Positions 35,010-45,901 of a DNA stretch of 64,000 nucleotides are shown here, piece by piece. The stretch comes from Selaginella moellendorffii. Taxonomy: Eukaryota > Plantae > Lycopodiophyta. The stretch lies in NCBI RefSeq assembly GCF_000143415.4, contig NW_003314341.1, positions 167,869 to 231,868 of the forward strand, given 5' to 3'. Numbering within the stretch: the stretch's first letter is position 1; each line of letters starts with the position of its first letter. The translations under genes were made by a program, and so were the position numbers. The notes beneath the pieces were generated by a model. That model was not told where the DNA came from. It saw only the letters and a list, made by a program, of their open reading frames with translations, and did not search any database.

Positions 35010-38000
35010 TGTAAGGAACCAACTCCCCGAGATGTCATATGCTAAAGGATCCCCGAAAGCATAACCGAAATGACAAAGAGTTCATCAGATGGGACCGAGT
35101 CGAAGATCGAGTCCAAGACCGACTTTGAGACCAAGTTCGAGATAGAGTTCGGAATCGAGCCCGAGGCCGAATCAGAGACCTCTCCAATAGTGCTTCCAAA
35201 TTGACTTGAGGTTGAGACTGGGCCGAGGGGCCTTGGGTGGGAGTGAGCATGGGCTTGGGTGGTGCCGGAGGGGCCACCCAGGGAAGTGCTCAAGAGCAGC
35301 TCTCACTCCCGAAAGGGAAACCGACTGCAGTGCTCCTGGCTCATGTGGAGTGGTGCCCCACTTGAGTACCTTGTGGCTCATTGGTCCTCGCCCTTCCTAG
35401 GGGCTTGGGCCTTCCCTTCGGGATGGAAGTGGGGGGGTAGAGGTACCCATACCAAGCCGTTAGGCCACAGTGTTTTGCCCCGATGTCCCGAAGCAAGTGT
35501 TGCACCCAAGGCTTGGAATTTAGAGGGTCCTATGATCAAGCCTTGTTGTACCAAGGGGTGTTAGGAACCTGGAGGCTTGGTGTGCTTGGCTACTTGTGCC
35601 TGCGGGGAGTGTAGCCGAACCTTAAGTCCAATCTAACTCGGGGAGGGGGATTAAGAGAGCTTTGGGAATCTGTGGATGGATGCTAACGCTCCGTTGCTTG
35701 TGTAGTGAGTAACTGAAACCAAGTAGGACCAAGTAGAAGCTAGTACAATAGGTGAGAACCTTGGTGAGGGAACTTAGCACAGGCCAAGGCAGGGTTGGTC
35801 AGATAGACGAGGTAAGCTGGCAAATTGGAAAGGAAAAATTTGTGGCTTACAATTTGGTATCGGAGCCTTTTCCTCAGTTCTAGCTAAGGATAGAGGCGGA
35901 TTGCTGGGAGATGGCAAAGGCAGGACATAAGCGAACCCAGGCGGAGACAGAACCCCCACCAGAGCTGGAGCCTCCGGTCGAACAAGAGGCTATGGATGAG
36001 GAATCCTTGCATGAGGAGGACTCCAGTGAGGAAACTTCCAAACAGGAGTCCGGTGGCGAGGTTCGGTCGTCCAAGGCTCGATTGAACGTTCTAGAAGGAC
36101 AATTGGCGCAGACCAATGCTCTACTGGAGACTCTCGTACGCAAGCTAAAGTGTGACAAGAAGCGGAAGAAAAAGAAAAAGACTGCAGATGCTGGCAACGC
36201 AGAAGGTGTGGACCCTTCGACAAGGACTGAGGCAAAACCAGACAAGGTTAAACAAACCGAAGTGGAATCAGTCCTTCAGGTAGTTCCCAAGTACAAACCA
36301 AAGCCCCCACCGGTCTTCAAGGGAGTGAACGATTATAAGGTGGTGGAGGATTGGTTTTACGATATGGAGGACTACTTCTGAGCGTTGCGGTTACCGAGCT
36401 CGGAGAAGGTCCCATATGCAAAACTATACTTGGCAGATAATGCCAAGTCTTGGTGGAGAACGACAGAGGCCAACGAAGGACCAGTGGCCACTTGGGAAAT
36501 GATGAAGGTGAGGATCCGCGTGACTTATGTTCCTCCGAATGCTACTCTACATCTAAGGGACGAGCTGAGTAGGCTGAAGCAGACCGGAACCATTCAAGAA
36601 TATGTGAATGGGTTTATGGCAAAGAGGATACTTGTCACGGACATGGGGGATATGGATGCGTTCCATGCCTTCATATCAGGTTTGCAAACCTGGGCTCGCG
36701 GTGAGGTGATGCATTGGAACCCAACCAACTACAAGGAAACGTTGGATGCGGCCATCAAGGTGCATTTCATCGTTTATCATTTCAACGTTTTTGGCGTTGA
36801 TGAACCATATCTTTGTACCCTATTTGGATCACTTTGTGGTCGTTTATATCGATAACATCCTGATCTATAGCGAGACACTAGAGGAGCATGCCGAACACTT
36901 GGAGAAAGTGTTTGAAAAACTAAGGGAACACAAACTGTATGCTAAAGAGAGCAATGCTCAACAAGAGGTAAAGTTTCTTGGGCATCTAGTGGCCCAGGAC
37001 AAGCTCAAGGTGGACTTGGAGAAGGTCCAAGCGATCTAGGAATGGGAGCGACCATTGAATGTACATGAGTTAAGGGCATTCTTGGGGCTATGCAACTACT
37101 ACCGAAAGTTTATCAGACACTATTCGAGAGTAGCCCTACCCTTAACAAACCAAACAGGAAAAGGGAAGATGGTTTGGACAGCGGAATGCGAGGCGGCATT
37201 CGTCCACCTCAAAGGGAAGTTGAGGAAGGCTCCCGTGTTGGCATTACCAGACTTTGGTAAGGACTTTGAGGTAGAAACGGATGCTTCGAACTTTGCGTTG
37301 GGCGCAGTTCTGAAGCAAGACAACCATCTAGTAGCATTCTTCTCGAAGAAGTTGGACAAGGCTCAACAGAAGTGGCCTGCCCACGAGAAGGAATTGTTTG
37401 TGGTGGTCAAGGCACTCAAGGAGTGGCAACACTACCTTGGGAGACACTTCAAGGTTTACACAGACAATGTGGCAACGAAACACTTCTTGTCACAGCCCGA
37501 CCAAAGAGGGAAACAAGATCAATGGGCCAATGCCTTGGCTGAGTTTGATTGCAAGATTCTGGACAAGCCTGGGAAGAGCAACATCGTGGCAGATGCGCTA
37601 AGTCAAAAAGCGAGCTTGAGGTTGATGATATCGAGCGCGACAGCAACCTTTAGGGACGATGTGCAAACAGCATATGAGAATGATGGTCTAGCCCAAGAAG
37701 TGTTGCTGAGGAATCTAGAGGCACGGGAAGCTCACCAAAGAGGTGAGCTGCCAACGGAAGAGAAAACGGGCTATGCAGAACGCAACGGACTCATCTATTA
37801 CAAGCAAACGAGGGTGTATGTTCCAGAAGGGGAACTAAGGAAGGTAGCCTTAGAAGAGTGTCATGACGGACCTCTTGCAGGACACAGCAGAGTGCCGAAG
37901 ACGATGGGCTTACTCAAGAGGAAGTACCATTGGCCAGATATGGCTAAGGACGTCCAAGACTATGTAAAGACATATCCAACATGTCAACAGGTCAAAGCCG

Positions 38001-40744
38001 TGACTAAGGCTAGTGGGGTCTTGTTGCAAAGCATCCCAATTCTAGATCATCCGTGGAAATGTCTTACGATGGACTTCATCATGGGACTCCCCCCAAGCGA
38101 GGGGTTTGATGCAATATTTGTGGTGGTAGACTGATTTTCGAAAATGGCACATTTCATACCCACCACAACGGAAGTGGATGCGGAAGGTGTGGCGAAGCTG
38201 TTCTTCGAACAAGTGGTTCAAGTGCGGGGAAGGCCGAAAGAGATTATCTCAGATTGAGATAAGATCTTCACTAGTAGGTTCTGGAGGACTCTCTTGGAAC
38301 AGTATCGCACCAAGTTGAAATTCAGCACAGCCTATCACCCACAGACAGGTATTGGGTATTAAGTCAAGTTTGATGGCACTAACACTTCTTGACAGACGGA
38401 CAAACGGAAAGGGTGAATAGGCAGCTAGAGGATTATTTGCGATGCTATGTCTCGGGAGACCAGACCAATTGGGTAAGTCATTTGGGACTTGCGGAAATGT
38501 GTTATAACAACTCACCACATTCGAGTATCGGGGTGAGTCCATGGGAAGTCATCAATGGGCGAGCTATTGAAGGTCCTATGGAACTCGGCATGGCCGAGTA
38601 TCATGGAGAGTTACCCGCAGTGGAGGCATTCACAGTGGAGAGACTCAGCATTTGGAATCTAGTGAGGGATTCCTTGGAACGGGCTCAACAAAGGCAAACC
38701 AAGTACGTGAACTAGAAGCGCTGTAATGTAGAATTCCAAGTTGGGGAGAAGGTGTGGCTGAACACCAAGAACCTCAAGCTACCACGTGGGATCAGCCAGA
38801 AGTTGACCCAAAGGTAAAAATGCATGTCTTCCTATAAATGAATTGATCTTGAGTTCCTTAGGCAGGTTCGCGGGGCCTTACGAGATTGAGGCACGAATCG
38901 GTAAAGTGGCTTACCGTCTCTGACTTCCTCGAGAGATGGGGAAGATGCACCCCGTGTTCCACGTGAACTTACTCAAGCCGTACTTTGAGGATCCTCTTCG
39001 CAAGGACCAAGTAAGACCTTTACCTGAGGTTATGCAAGGGGAAGAGGAATACAAAGTCGAGGCCATCCTCAATGCGCGCAAAAGCAAGCGACAAGGATGC
39101 GAGGTGAGAGAGTTCCATGTAAAGTGGAAAGGATTTCCACACTGCGAAGCAACATGGGAACCGGAGGAGAACCTAGCGAATGCATGAGATCTAGTAGAGG
39201 AATTTCTGCAAGGCAGAACTCTATGTACTTATGCAAAGTTCAATTAAAATATCAATTTGTGAAGTTGAGCAAAGGCATATGTTGGGACCCGAAGGCGCGC
39301 CGAAAGTAAGCTAATTAGCATGGGTTGGCTAGGTCGACCAAGCGTAGGGCACTATGCCCGACTCCCCGCGGAGATGTCGAATCCATAGATGTATTCTACG
39401 GAGGTTGGGTTCAAGTCCCAACCCCCTAGTAAAGCAAGACTAGGTTCAAGTCCTGACCCCATACTAGGGCGTGGTGAGGTGAGGGGTATAGGGACACCTA
39501 TATTCCATTGTCATGGGCTCTTGGCCGGGGAGGCTAACTTAGGCACACCACTAAGTGGGGGGATGCCCTCGGAGACATGGTCAACAAGTCGTAGGATGAC
39601 AAAGAGACATTCGATGTGGGCATCAAACTTCTTCTATAGGTGGTGGAGTTGTAAAGAACCGACTCCCCGAGATGTCATAAGCTAAAGGATCCCCGAAAGC
39701 ATGACTGAAATGACAAAGAGTTCATCGAATGGGACCGAGTCGAAGATCGAGTCCAAGACCAATTCTGAGACCGAGTTCGAGATAGAGTCTGGGATCGAGC
39801 TCGAGGCAGAATCGGAGACCGAGTTCGAGACAAAGTCTGAGATCCAAATCAGGTCCGAGACCGAGTCCGAGGTCAAGTCCAAAGTCGAGTCTGAGATCGG
39901 GTTTGAGATCGAGTCCGAGATCAAGTCCGACACCGAGTCCGAATACTAATACGGGTCAAGGGGTGAAAGCCCAAAGCATGCGTCTCCTAGGGGGGGGGGG
40001 GGGGGCTACAAGGGGTTCCAAAAGTATAGTAGGGATAGTGAGGTCCAGGAACCAGTCTTGAAGGAACTCTCTAGTGGTGCTTCCAAACTGACTTGAGGTT
40101 GAGACTGGGGCCGAGGGGCCTTGGGTGGGAGTGAGCATGGGCTTGGGTGGTGCCGGAGGGGCCACCCAGGGAAGTGCTCAAGAGCAGCTCCCATTCCCGA
40201 AAGGGAAACCGACCGACTGCAGTGCTCCTGGCTTATGTGGAGTGGTGCCCCACTTGAGTACCTTGTGGCTCATTGGTCCTCGCCCTTCTTAGGGGCTTGG
40301 GCCTTCCCTTCGGGATGGAAGTGGGGGGGTAGAGGTACCCATACCGAGCCGTTGGGCCACGGTGTTTCGCCCCGATGTCCTAAAGCAAGTGTTGCACCCA
40401 AGGCTTGGGATTTAGAGGGTCCCATGATCAAGCCTTGTTGTACCAAGGGATGTTAAGAACTTGGAGGCTTGGTGTGCTTGGCTGCTTATGCCTGCGGGGA
40501 GTGTAGTTGAACCTTAAGTCCAATCTAACCTAGGGAGGGGGATTGGGAGAGATTTGGGAATCCGTGAATGGATGGCTAATGCTCTATTGCTTGTGTAGTG
40601 AGTAGCTGAAACTAAGTAGAACCAAGTAGGAGCTGGTACAGTAGGTGGGAACCTTGGCGAGGGGACTTAGCAAAGGCCAAGGTAGTGTTGGTTGGATAGA
40701 TGAGGTAAGTTAGCAAATTGGAAAGGAAAAATTTATAGCTGACA
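35010..40744 (+). mobile_element. Family B copy B4 with both LTRs (35010-35851, 39650-40744); deletion from gag into RT
   Basis: PBS TGGTATCGGAGC 35855-35866; gag ATG 35911; RT/RH/INT ORF 37055-38134; introns 38349-38395 and 38814-38865; chromodomain ~39040-39187; TATAGTAGGG 40025-40034. Confidence 0.93.
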
Positions 40745-42299
40745 ATAAACTCTTATATAGTCATGATCCAATACTACCAACAAAGTTGGGTGTACCTTTG
40801 CAATTGTCATGGGCTATTAATGTTAAGTATTTAATGAACATTCTTCCACTTATTCCAATAGAGTTTGTTGAACACTTGGGCCATATACAAGTGTGACAAC
40901 AATAGCACTATAACTCCCATTTTGTAAAGTATAAAGTGGATGATTTAGTATTAGTCTATTTTCCCCATCTTATGGTATGTGGTTTATCTAAAGGGATCGA
41001 TCCTTGCTCAATGGAAAAGACTATATTAAGTGTTATAACAAATTAGACCACAAGTTTATAAAGTTTGGCATAACATCCAATAGCCCAATCCTCTATAAAT
41101 TGTACATGTACAATAATTGAAATGCTTTGTACAAAGGGATCATGAATAACTGGCACCATTTATAGATCAACTAATGCCTTCTTTTGATATTCCTCCAGAT
41201 CCTCTAGATGAGAGAATCCTGATGGTATTTCATCATTTCGAGAGGGGATGATATGAGGTCCAAGTGTACAGCTATAATGCTATATACTAATATTATTATA
41301 ATGGGATTTTGGCAGTTGTTAAATTTGTTTTAATTCAAACCACTCGCTCTTGTATATAAACTAGGGTTTTTGGGTTAATTGAGATGCACATTTCTGTATT
41401 TCCTTTCCTTATTCTATGCACTCAAAGATTGTTATATTATTGATAATTAAAAGAATATTAGTGTTAGATAAATTTAAATTATTAATTACAAGATATTTAC
41501 AATTGATATTTCCTCTTTCTACTACCAAAAGAAAAAAGGAAACAATAAATTCATGGAAAATTCTACCATAATTTAAGATCATACATCATCCAAAAAGTGA
41601 ATTATTCTTTATATTATCTAATTATAGTAACAAATTAGAATTATAATTTATATTAAATTTATTTTTCTTTCTAATATTGATAGCCTCATATGTATCAAGC
41701 ATATAAAGTTATCTATATAATGGTAGTGTGCTGGTAGCAGAATATGTTGATGCCATATTGATAAATTTGACTATGTATTCTAAAGTAATATATGCCTTTA
41801 GTATTTAAATTCATAACAATTAAAATTTTAATTTAATTTAATTTACTATCAATAATTTATAAACAATACAACTATGATGATTGTGTGTTATCATTTTCAA
41901 AGTATATATTTATATGAGTTTTATCTCTTGAGTTTATATTAGTATTGTCAAGGTCTAAAGTTTAGCATGCTCAACATTTAAATTATTACATTAGCATGTT
42001 CAAAGTTATTTTGAGTGTGAATATGTAATAGTTCAAGGCAAGTAGTGACATATGTCTCCTAATATTTAAACACTTTAAATTTTCAGAGAGTGTTTTTTAA
42101 GAAAAAACCCTAAAAGGACCTAAACTCCAATGAGCCACAAGAAAATAATACTATTTCAAGGTCACCTAATAAATTAGCTGTTTTTCTTCACAAAACAGGA
42201 GCTTCCTAGAGTTGCCCAATGTCTCACCCAGATTAGCTGTTCTTTGCATAGCAAGAGCACAATTTACACACACCTTGAACTGTAAAAAAGGGGAAGTTG

Positions 42300-42920
42300 T
42301 GCTAGAGCAAGCAACAAAATGATTGGCATGCCTTTTTGAGGCCATGGTGAGCTTAAAGCTTCACATGCTTTTCATTGCTTTGACCACCACTACCACTGCA
42401 GAAATCAAGAACCTAATCCAATTGTTTGGTGTGTCTTATGCTTGTCTCCTGGAATGCTCTAATGCTAGGATATGTAAGGAACCTAACCACTCATAATGGC
42501 AAAGTTGTGTGGTGGAGCTTTTGAGGTAATTTGGTGGTGATGTACCTCAAGAAAAGGCATAGCATCTTTTGTCTTTTAGTGCAGATCATAGTTTAGGGCA
42601 GCTAGACTTTCTGTCTTTTAGGGCTGGATCATAACTCAAAGAACTAGTAAGGAGAGATGGCTCTTGAGTTTCTGGACAGGATAGAGGTTGAAGGAGTGGA
42701 TGCAAGCTATGCTGTTGCTTTCAAGGCTTGCTTGGGCTTGGTGGCTTAAGAATAAGGGAAGCTTGTCAAAGTTTTAGCTCTAGAGAATACAATGACACTT
42801 CAGCTATGAGAGGTAGATGGGGTTTGCAAGCTATGGCTTTGAGAACTTACCTTAACCTTGTTCTTTATAGGACTAGAGCTGAACTCTTTGATGGTTCTGG
42901 CTGTGTTGAAGGCTAGCTGT
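42300..42920 (+). pseudogene. Degenerate PLS-type PPR gene remnant
   Basis: Fragments read LVSWNALMLGY (~42441), MALEFLDRIEVEG and AVAFKAC; many stops and frameshifts. Confidence 0.45.
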
Positions 42921-43179
42921 AACTCTACCACTCCACATATGCCATGACATACCCAAATAGACACATGTCAAATACCTATATTACCTCTCTCAAGCCAATG
43001 AGCACCAAAGTTATAGTGCTTTTCCATTGTCCAAAACTAATATCAAGAATTTTTTTTTCATGACCATGCCTGGGATCCAATGGCCAGTGAACCTCCCCCT
43101 TATCAGTAAATTATAGATATTAATGAAGGTCTTTTGTAAAAAGACTGAATTCTGTTTAGAAGTACATCAAGACGGAGTA

Positions 43180-44391
43180 TTAACTATCACTACGCAAGAA
43201 CGATGGAACTTGCTCTCCCAGTTCCTGACCTGCCATGCCCTCCATAACCACTCTTTGGAAGAATGCTTCCAATGTATCAGTGCCATAGCTGGGTGTCGCA
43301 TCGGCATCATAGCATCCGGTGTCCGGATCTAGCACTAGCATGCTCTCCGCTGCGTAGTATCTCCCAATCTTCGCGTACTCGGCAGCATCCTGGATGCCCG
43401 CATTGTCTGGGAAGAATCCAGCTACGGAATCGAGCAGCCCAATCGCGAAATCCATAATCTGGATTGGAACCTTAACAAATCTTCGCGACTTCCCGGTGAT
43501 TTCAAAGAGGAGGTCGCCCTGTTCCAGAGGAGTGTAGGCTCGGCCAGGACCACCGATTGGCAGCAGCTTCTGGTGCTTGGATTCATCCGAGATGCAGTCG
43601 CAGATAAAAGATGCGAGGTCAGATTCGCTGATGGGCTTGCAAGAACAGAGGCGTCCATCGCCAAACACCACAAATGGCCCCCCGGCCTTGACGATGTCCA
43701 CCTGGCCGGCCAAGCTCTTGAAAAACGCCGTGGGCCGCACGATGCTCCACGTCGGATTGGATGGCAGCCCTTGGATCTCCGCCTCGAGCTTGAGCTTGGC
43801 TCGCTGGAAATGTAGGAGTGGCTTTTGCACGCAAATCGCCGAGAGGAGCACCAGATGTGATGCTCCAAGCTCCAATCCCACATCGAAGCTGTTGCGACTG
43901 GCCTGGTAATCAATGTTCCATGAATCCGCCACTCCGCCGCTCCGGCTCGCCAGGCAGCACACCACCACATCTATCTTCCCAATTCCCTGCGATGTTAGCG
44001 ACTTCTCCAGGGATTCCTTGTTGGTCACATCCCCCGTAACACACTCTAAGGATCCGGAGGAGGATTTCTCTTCTTCCACGGAGGGATTTGCGTTTGATCC
44101 CTGGCGTGCCACTGCCACGACCTTGTAGCCCCGATTCAGGAGCTCCTTGACCACGAATCGACCAATGTAGCCTGTGCTGCCGGTGACCATCACACTCACC
44201 TCCTCGGCTGGCTTGCCACCATAGCCGTAGTTAGACTTGCTCGATACGCATTGGCACCACCACTTGAAATTTCTTGAGCTCTTGAACCCGCGATGGAGAT
44301 TCCAATTCCATGCCTTGTTTCTGCCGCTCCAGCCACTGTGATTGAAAGGTGCGGCTGCTCCATAGCTTGCTGCGAGAAAAGCAGCGGCCAT
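43180..44391 (-). CDS. DVR: Divinyl chlorophyllide a 8-vinyl reductase, chloroplastic
   Basis: Intronless 403 aa; transit peptide; VTGSTGYIG Rossmann motif; [28 protein letters not shown] and [11 protein letters not shown] motifs. Confidence 0.93.
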   Translation of the reverse strand: MAAAFLAASYGAAAPFNHSGWSGRNKAWNWNLHRGFKSSRNFKWWCQCVSSKSNYGYGGKPAEEVSVMVTGSTGYIGRFVVKELLNRGYKVVAVARQGSNANPSVEEEKSSSGSLECVTGDVTNKESLEKSLTSQGIGKIDVVVCCLASRSGGVADSWNIDYQASRNSFDVGLELGASHLVLLSAICVQKPLLHFQRAKLKLEAEIQGLPSNPTWSIVRPTAFFKSLAGQVDIVKAGGPFVVFGDGRLCSCKPISESDLASFICDCISDESKHQKLLPIGGPGRAYTPLEQGDLLFEITGKSRRFVKVPIQIMDFAIGLLDSVAGFFPDNAGIQDAAEYAKIGRYYAAESMLVLDPDTGCYDADATPSYGTDTLEAFFQRVVMEGMAGQELGEQVPSFLRSDS

Positions 44392-44680
44392 AAAAGCCTA
44401 TCTATCTTGTTTCTATATCTTGATTTTCATGGGTGATTAGATTAAGATAGAGCGTCACCTTTAGCTTTCTTTGTTTGTGGCTAGAGCACGACAAGATCTT
44501 CCGTATATTTCTGGTTTCTGGAGGATGACTTTTAGAGTCCAGAGCGAGAACTCAGCCGACAAAGGTCGCTTTTTTTCTTTTTTCTGTTCTGTTTGGAGCG
44601 TCTCCTGCGGCTCCATACCTATCCCCTGCCTGAACAAAACTAAGAAAACTTTGCTTGCTGTGCTGCTGCTGCTGCTGCTT

Positions 44681-45901
44681 CTAGATCGAGTCGCCAATCT
44701 CCATACCACCGTCAAACCACCCATGCAGCACCTGCGAGTTGGACGGCACAAAGTCGGCTAGGCAGTGCGGCGCGGCCACCGAGTGCCACTCGACGCTCGT
44801 CGTGGTGGTGGTGGCGGCGCTGGTCATGTCGTGCGCACCCGTCGTGTGCGTGACCTTCCCAATCGCGACGTGGAGACTCCTGGCCACCACCAGGAGCTTG
44901 CCATTGAGCGTGTTCACCGAGAAGGGCTTGACCATGTTGGGCGGCATGGCCGATCCGCTCACGCACCTCCAACTGTCGGTCCCGGTGTCATAGACTTTGA
45001 GCTTGACACTGTCCTCGAGATCCGAGATGATGAACAAGTGTCCGTCCAGTACCACGCTCAGGCCCGTCCACCCTTCTCGCATGCCCAACCTCATGTTCTC
45101 CCAGCGGTCCGCCTTGGGATCGTAGATCTGTCCTCGCGGCGAATACAAAAACGGCCAACTCCACCCCTCGGTCACGTAAAGCTTGCCATCCAGCACCGCT
45201 GCATCGTACCTGGCCATGTTGGTCCCCATGCTCGCCACCGGCCTCCACAGATCCATCACCGGGTCATACACCTCGGCGGAGCTGAGGTAGCGGTCGGCGC
45301 TGTTGCCCCCGGCGGCGTAGATGCGGCCGTCGATCATGCCGCTGGCGAAGAAGGAGCGCGGCGTGGACATTTTCCCCGCCACCGTCCACCGGTTCTTGCG
45401 CATCTCGTACTTGAGCACCGAGTCCATCGGGCAGTCCATGTCGGTTTGCATGCCGCCGCACACAAACAGCACGCCCTGGTCCGCTATCGACGCGCAGCCG
45501 AATCCCGGCGGGCACACCCGGCCTTTGCACGGCATGGCCGGCAGGAGGTGCCACTTTTGCCGCAGCGGATCGAATGCCTGCCACTGGATCTTGCCGCTGC
45601 TCTTGTGGAAGGCCAGCACGCACAGCCACTGCTCCGTGAATCCCAGCCCCCGCCGCCCCTGGAAGTATTCCCTGCTCGACAGGGACACGAGCCACGACTT
45701 GGACACCAGCCTCGCCACGGCCTGGCTCGCCAGCGGGAGGCGGAAGAGGCAGTAGAAGGCGAGGTCGTGTGACAGACCCGGAATGAGAGCTTCGGTCGAC
45801 TCCTCCGGCGTCTGTTGGCGAGAGATTGACGTGCAGGAGGACGAGGGCGATGCGGCCACGTCGTGGACCGGAGCTGGAAGAGCAGCAGCGGCATAATGCA
45901 T
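44681..45901 (-). CDS. F-box/kelch-repeat protein
   Basis: LIPGLSHDLAFYCLFRLP F-box followed by kelch repeats (LFVCGG, IYAAGG..SAEVYDP, LYVTEG); first in-frame ATG at 45901, start uncertain. Confidence 0.88.
   Translation of the reverse strand: MHYAAAALPAPVHDVAASPSSSCTSISRQQTPEESTEALIPGLSHDLAFYCLFRLPLASQAVARLVSKSWLVSLSSREYFQGRRGLGFTEQWLCVLAFHKSSGKIQWQAFDPLRQKWHLLPAMPCKGRVCPPGFGCASIADQGVLFVCGGMQTDMDCPMDSVLKYEMRKNRWTVAGKMSTPRSFFASGMIDGRIYAAGGNSADRYLSSAEVYDPVMDLWRPVASMGTNMARYDAAVLDGKLYVTEGWSWPFLYSPRGQIYDPKADRWENMRLGMREGWTGLSVVLDGHLFIISDLEDSVKLKVYDTGTDSWRCVSGSAMPPNMVKPFSVNTLNGKLLVVARSLHVAIGKVTHTTGAHDMTSAATTTTTSVEWHSVAAPHCLADFVPSNSQVLHGWFDGGMEIGDSI

Larger units (their letters stand above)
31900..41260 (+). 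mobile_element. Old, heavily decayed Ty3/gypsy pol relic interrupted by a family A solo LTR and copy B4
   Basis: RT-like remnants (ICFYIDYSLLN, FINDILIY, LKLKQSKCVF) at 32090-32870; RH/INT-like debris 34370-35009 and 40745-41260; boundaries approximate. Confidence 0.55.

Noticed and set aside
41300-42100. Very AT-rich tract at the repeat/gene boundary
   Set aside because: No termini, repeats or coding signal found; probably decayed TE DNA
44765-45772. 335-aa antisense ORF over the kelch gene, and similar ORFs over the FLA and PLS PPR genes
   Set aside because: Shadow ORFs from high GC at third codon positions; no recognisable domains
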